Below are positions 62,305 through 64,000 of a DNA stretch of 64,000 nt, piece by piece (position 1 is the stretch's first letter; each line of letters opens with the position of its first letter). The notes below the pieces were generated by a model. The model worked only from the letters and a program-made list of their open reading frames with translations. It did not search any database and was not told where the DNA came from. Source of the stretch: Octopus vulgaris (taxonomy: Eukaryota); contig OX597822.1 of the NCBI GenBank assembly GCA_951406725.2, forward strand, positions 106,764,001 through 106,828,000, given 5' to 3'. The translations under genes were made by a program, and so were the position numbers.

Positions 62305-62725
62305 TGGATCTTTTCGGTTTGAACGGCAGATTTTTAACATAATTTCCACGTAACTAAAAAATTTTAAACTTCGTATACTGGTAGAATGTGTTTATAAAAC
62401 ATCTTTTTTCTCTTGGCTTTATTGAGAAAATTCTATAGTTTGAAAGATATTTGTTGTTTTTTTTTCTTCAATTTCTGCAAGTTCAACCAATCAATGACGT
62501 CTACTGAGTTAAAAAGCATTCTGTGCCGTATGAATATGTCCCTCGTTTAAGAAACAGATTGGGTTTATTTAAAGTTGTGAAGAAAAAAAGATACCCTTCC
62601 CCCACCCCTAACCCAAACCCTAAAACAGATTGAAATGCAATAGATCGATACTAGGGTCATAATTATGGGTGACAATTTCATATGACACTGCTAGAAAAAA
62701 CTGCCGTTCAAACCGAAAAGATCCA
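62305..62725. mobile_element. MITE with 25-bp TIRs and 8-bp TSD
   Basis: TIR tggatcttttcggtttgaacggcag / ctgccgttcaaaccgaaaagatcca. TSD aaagtact at 62297-62304 and 62726-62733. Confidence 0.88.
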
Positions 62726-63610
62726 AAAGTACTTTTACTTATGTACAAAATGGCACATTTGCTGACGAGAAAAAAATATGCTTGTCTGACGTTCATATTT
62801 TCTTTAAGGCTGTTTAGAACGAAAGAAGAATGAAGTATATTCAGAGGCCAGACGACACAGCTCGTTTAAATCTTCCATTTGTAATCATCACTGGGAATTG
62901 ATATTTCTAAAGCAGTTATATTCCCCTGAAAATAAATCCTTCTGACTTAAGATGGCTGAAAAACAAGGCTTTGCGAATGGAAATTAGATTGAAGTGAAGT
63001 AGTAATGTGGAGGGATGTTGATGTAAAAATAGAAGAAGACAGCAAGAGGTAGTGTGAGTAGTGTGTGAGGTGAACGACGAGGGAAGAAAGGAGTAAGGTG
63101 GAAGAAAGTGAGACAAAGATTGTAACGAAATCGACGTCAGTTGAAATGGAAGAGTAAGCTGAAGGTTGGATCAAGTGACGTACGAGATAGTATGGAGAAC
63201 GCTTAGAAAGAAACGCATAGGAGGGAGAAAAACGATACATAAGACAGAAGCACGCGCAAACAAGGAGGAAAAGGAAGAGAGAGAGGGAGAGAGAGAGAGA
63301 GAAGAGGAGAGTGAGAGCTTGCAGAATTAAGCGCAAGATGGTTCTGTTAAGGAGGGGACCGAGAATGTAAAGAATTAAGAGGCAATAAGGAGTGGTCAAA
63401 ATGTATAAAGAAGAATGATTAGGTCAGTAGGGATTGATAGAAATGTAACGAGTAACGACAGACGAAGAGTTGTGAAAATGAAAAATGAATGCAGTGAACA
63501 AAACAAGCACAATTCAAATAAACGTGCTGCACATGCGTAGCGCATGTACATAAGGGGATAATAAGCTATGAAATCACAGCAGTATGTATACATAGATGAA
63601 TAGACGCATA

Positions 63611-64000
63611 TCTTTATATATAAAAGTGAGGTTGTGTGCTGTCTGTCTCCTACGATTTAGATTCCTAACTACTCCCACATTTTGCGGTGCAGTTTAACCA
63701 AAACCGGGTATCTTATAGTCGTGATTCATATCGAGCCCTTCTGGGTATTAGCGCGCGTCTACGATGAGTCTACGATAAAAAAAAAATTACCATCAATTTT
63801 TCCCATTTTTAATGCATTTTTGGCATATATAAGGGAAGTAACTCTCTAAAAATGTATTATTAAATCTCAGAACGTAAAAAGCTACAGTAACACCCCCCTT
63901 TGTGGTTAGCCATATTGAGATGGCTATTATACTTTACATCTCTAAAAATGCTTATATAGTTATTTCCCTTACAAACCCGAGCAACGCCGGGCGATACTGC
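63611..64000 (+). mobile_element. Non-autonomous Helitron, running off the window end
   Basis: 5' a|TCtttatatataaaag and 3' cccgagcaacgccgggcgatactgc. The expected terminal TAG would be just outside the window. Confidence 0.7.

Noticed and set aside
62916-63593. Upstream receptor exon in the minus-strand ORFs
   Set aside because: No M1 or Cys-loop motifs. The sequence is purine-biased and of unknown origin.

Overview
Eukaryotic, very AT- and microsatellite-rich DNA. The repeat families and the receptor sequence look molluscan, probably octopus (inference). The only host gene I can support is the 3' end of a Cys-loop GABA-A beta/LCCH3-type receptor on the minus strand: an M2-M3 exon (61956-62197) and the terminal M4 exon (30770-31150), joined in phase across a 30.8-kb intron. 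The rest is repeats: a young 5'-truncated CR1-type LINE, R4/Dong, Tx1/L1-ORF1, Penelope GIY-YIG, mariner and Helitron remnants, two MITEs and four tRNA-headed SINE families. Almost all other listed ORFs are microsatellite artefacts. Three things stand out. (1) Several unrelated short fold-back elements sit in (TA)n tracts and carry minimal hammerhead-ribozyme motifs. These include a CCGACGA core variant with covarying stems, and one copy lies in sense about 0.5 kb after the receptor stop codon with no canonical poly(A) signal in between. (2) One SINE repeatedly multimerises at a single internal site (GGTATTTC), with a TSD-supported self-insertion and an 8-unit 184-bp satellite. (3) There are several fold-back inverted duplications. 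All calls were made by eye; no searches or folding programs were run.
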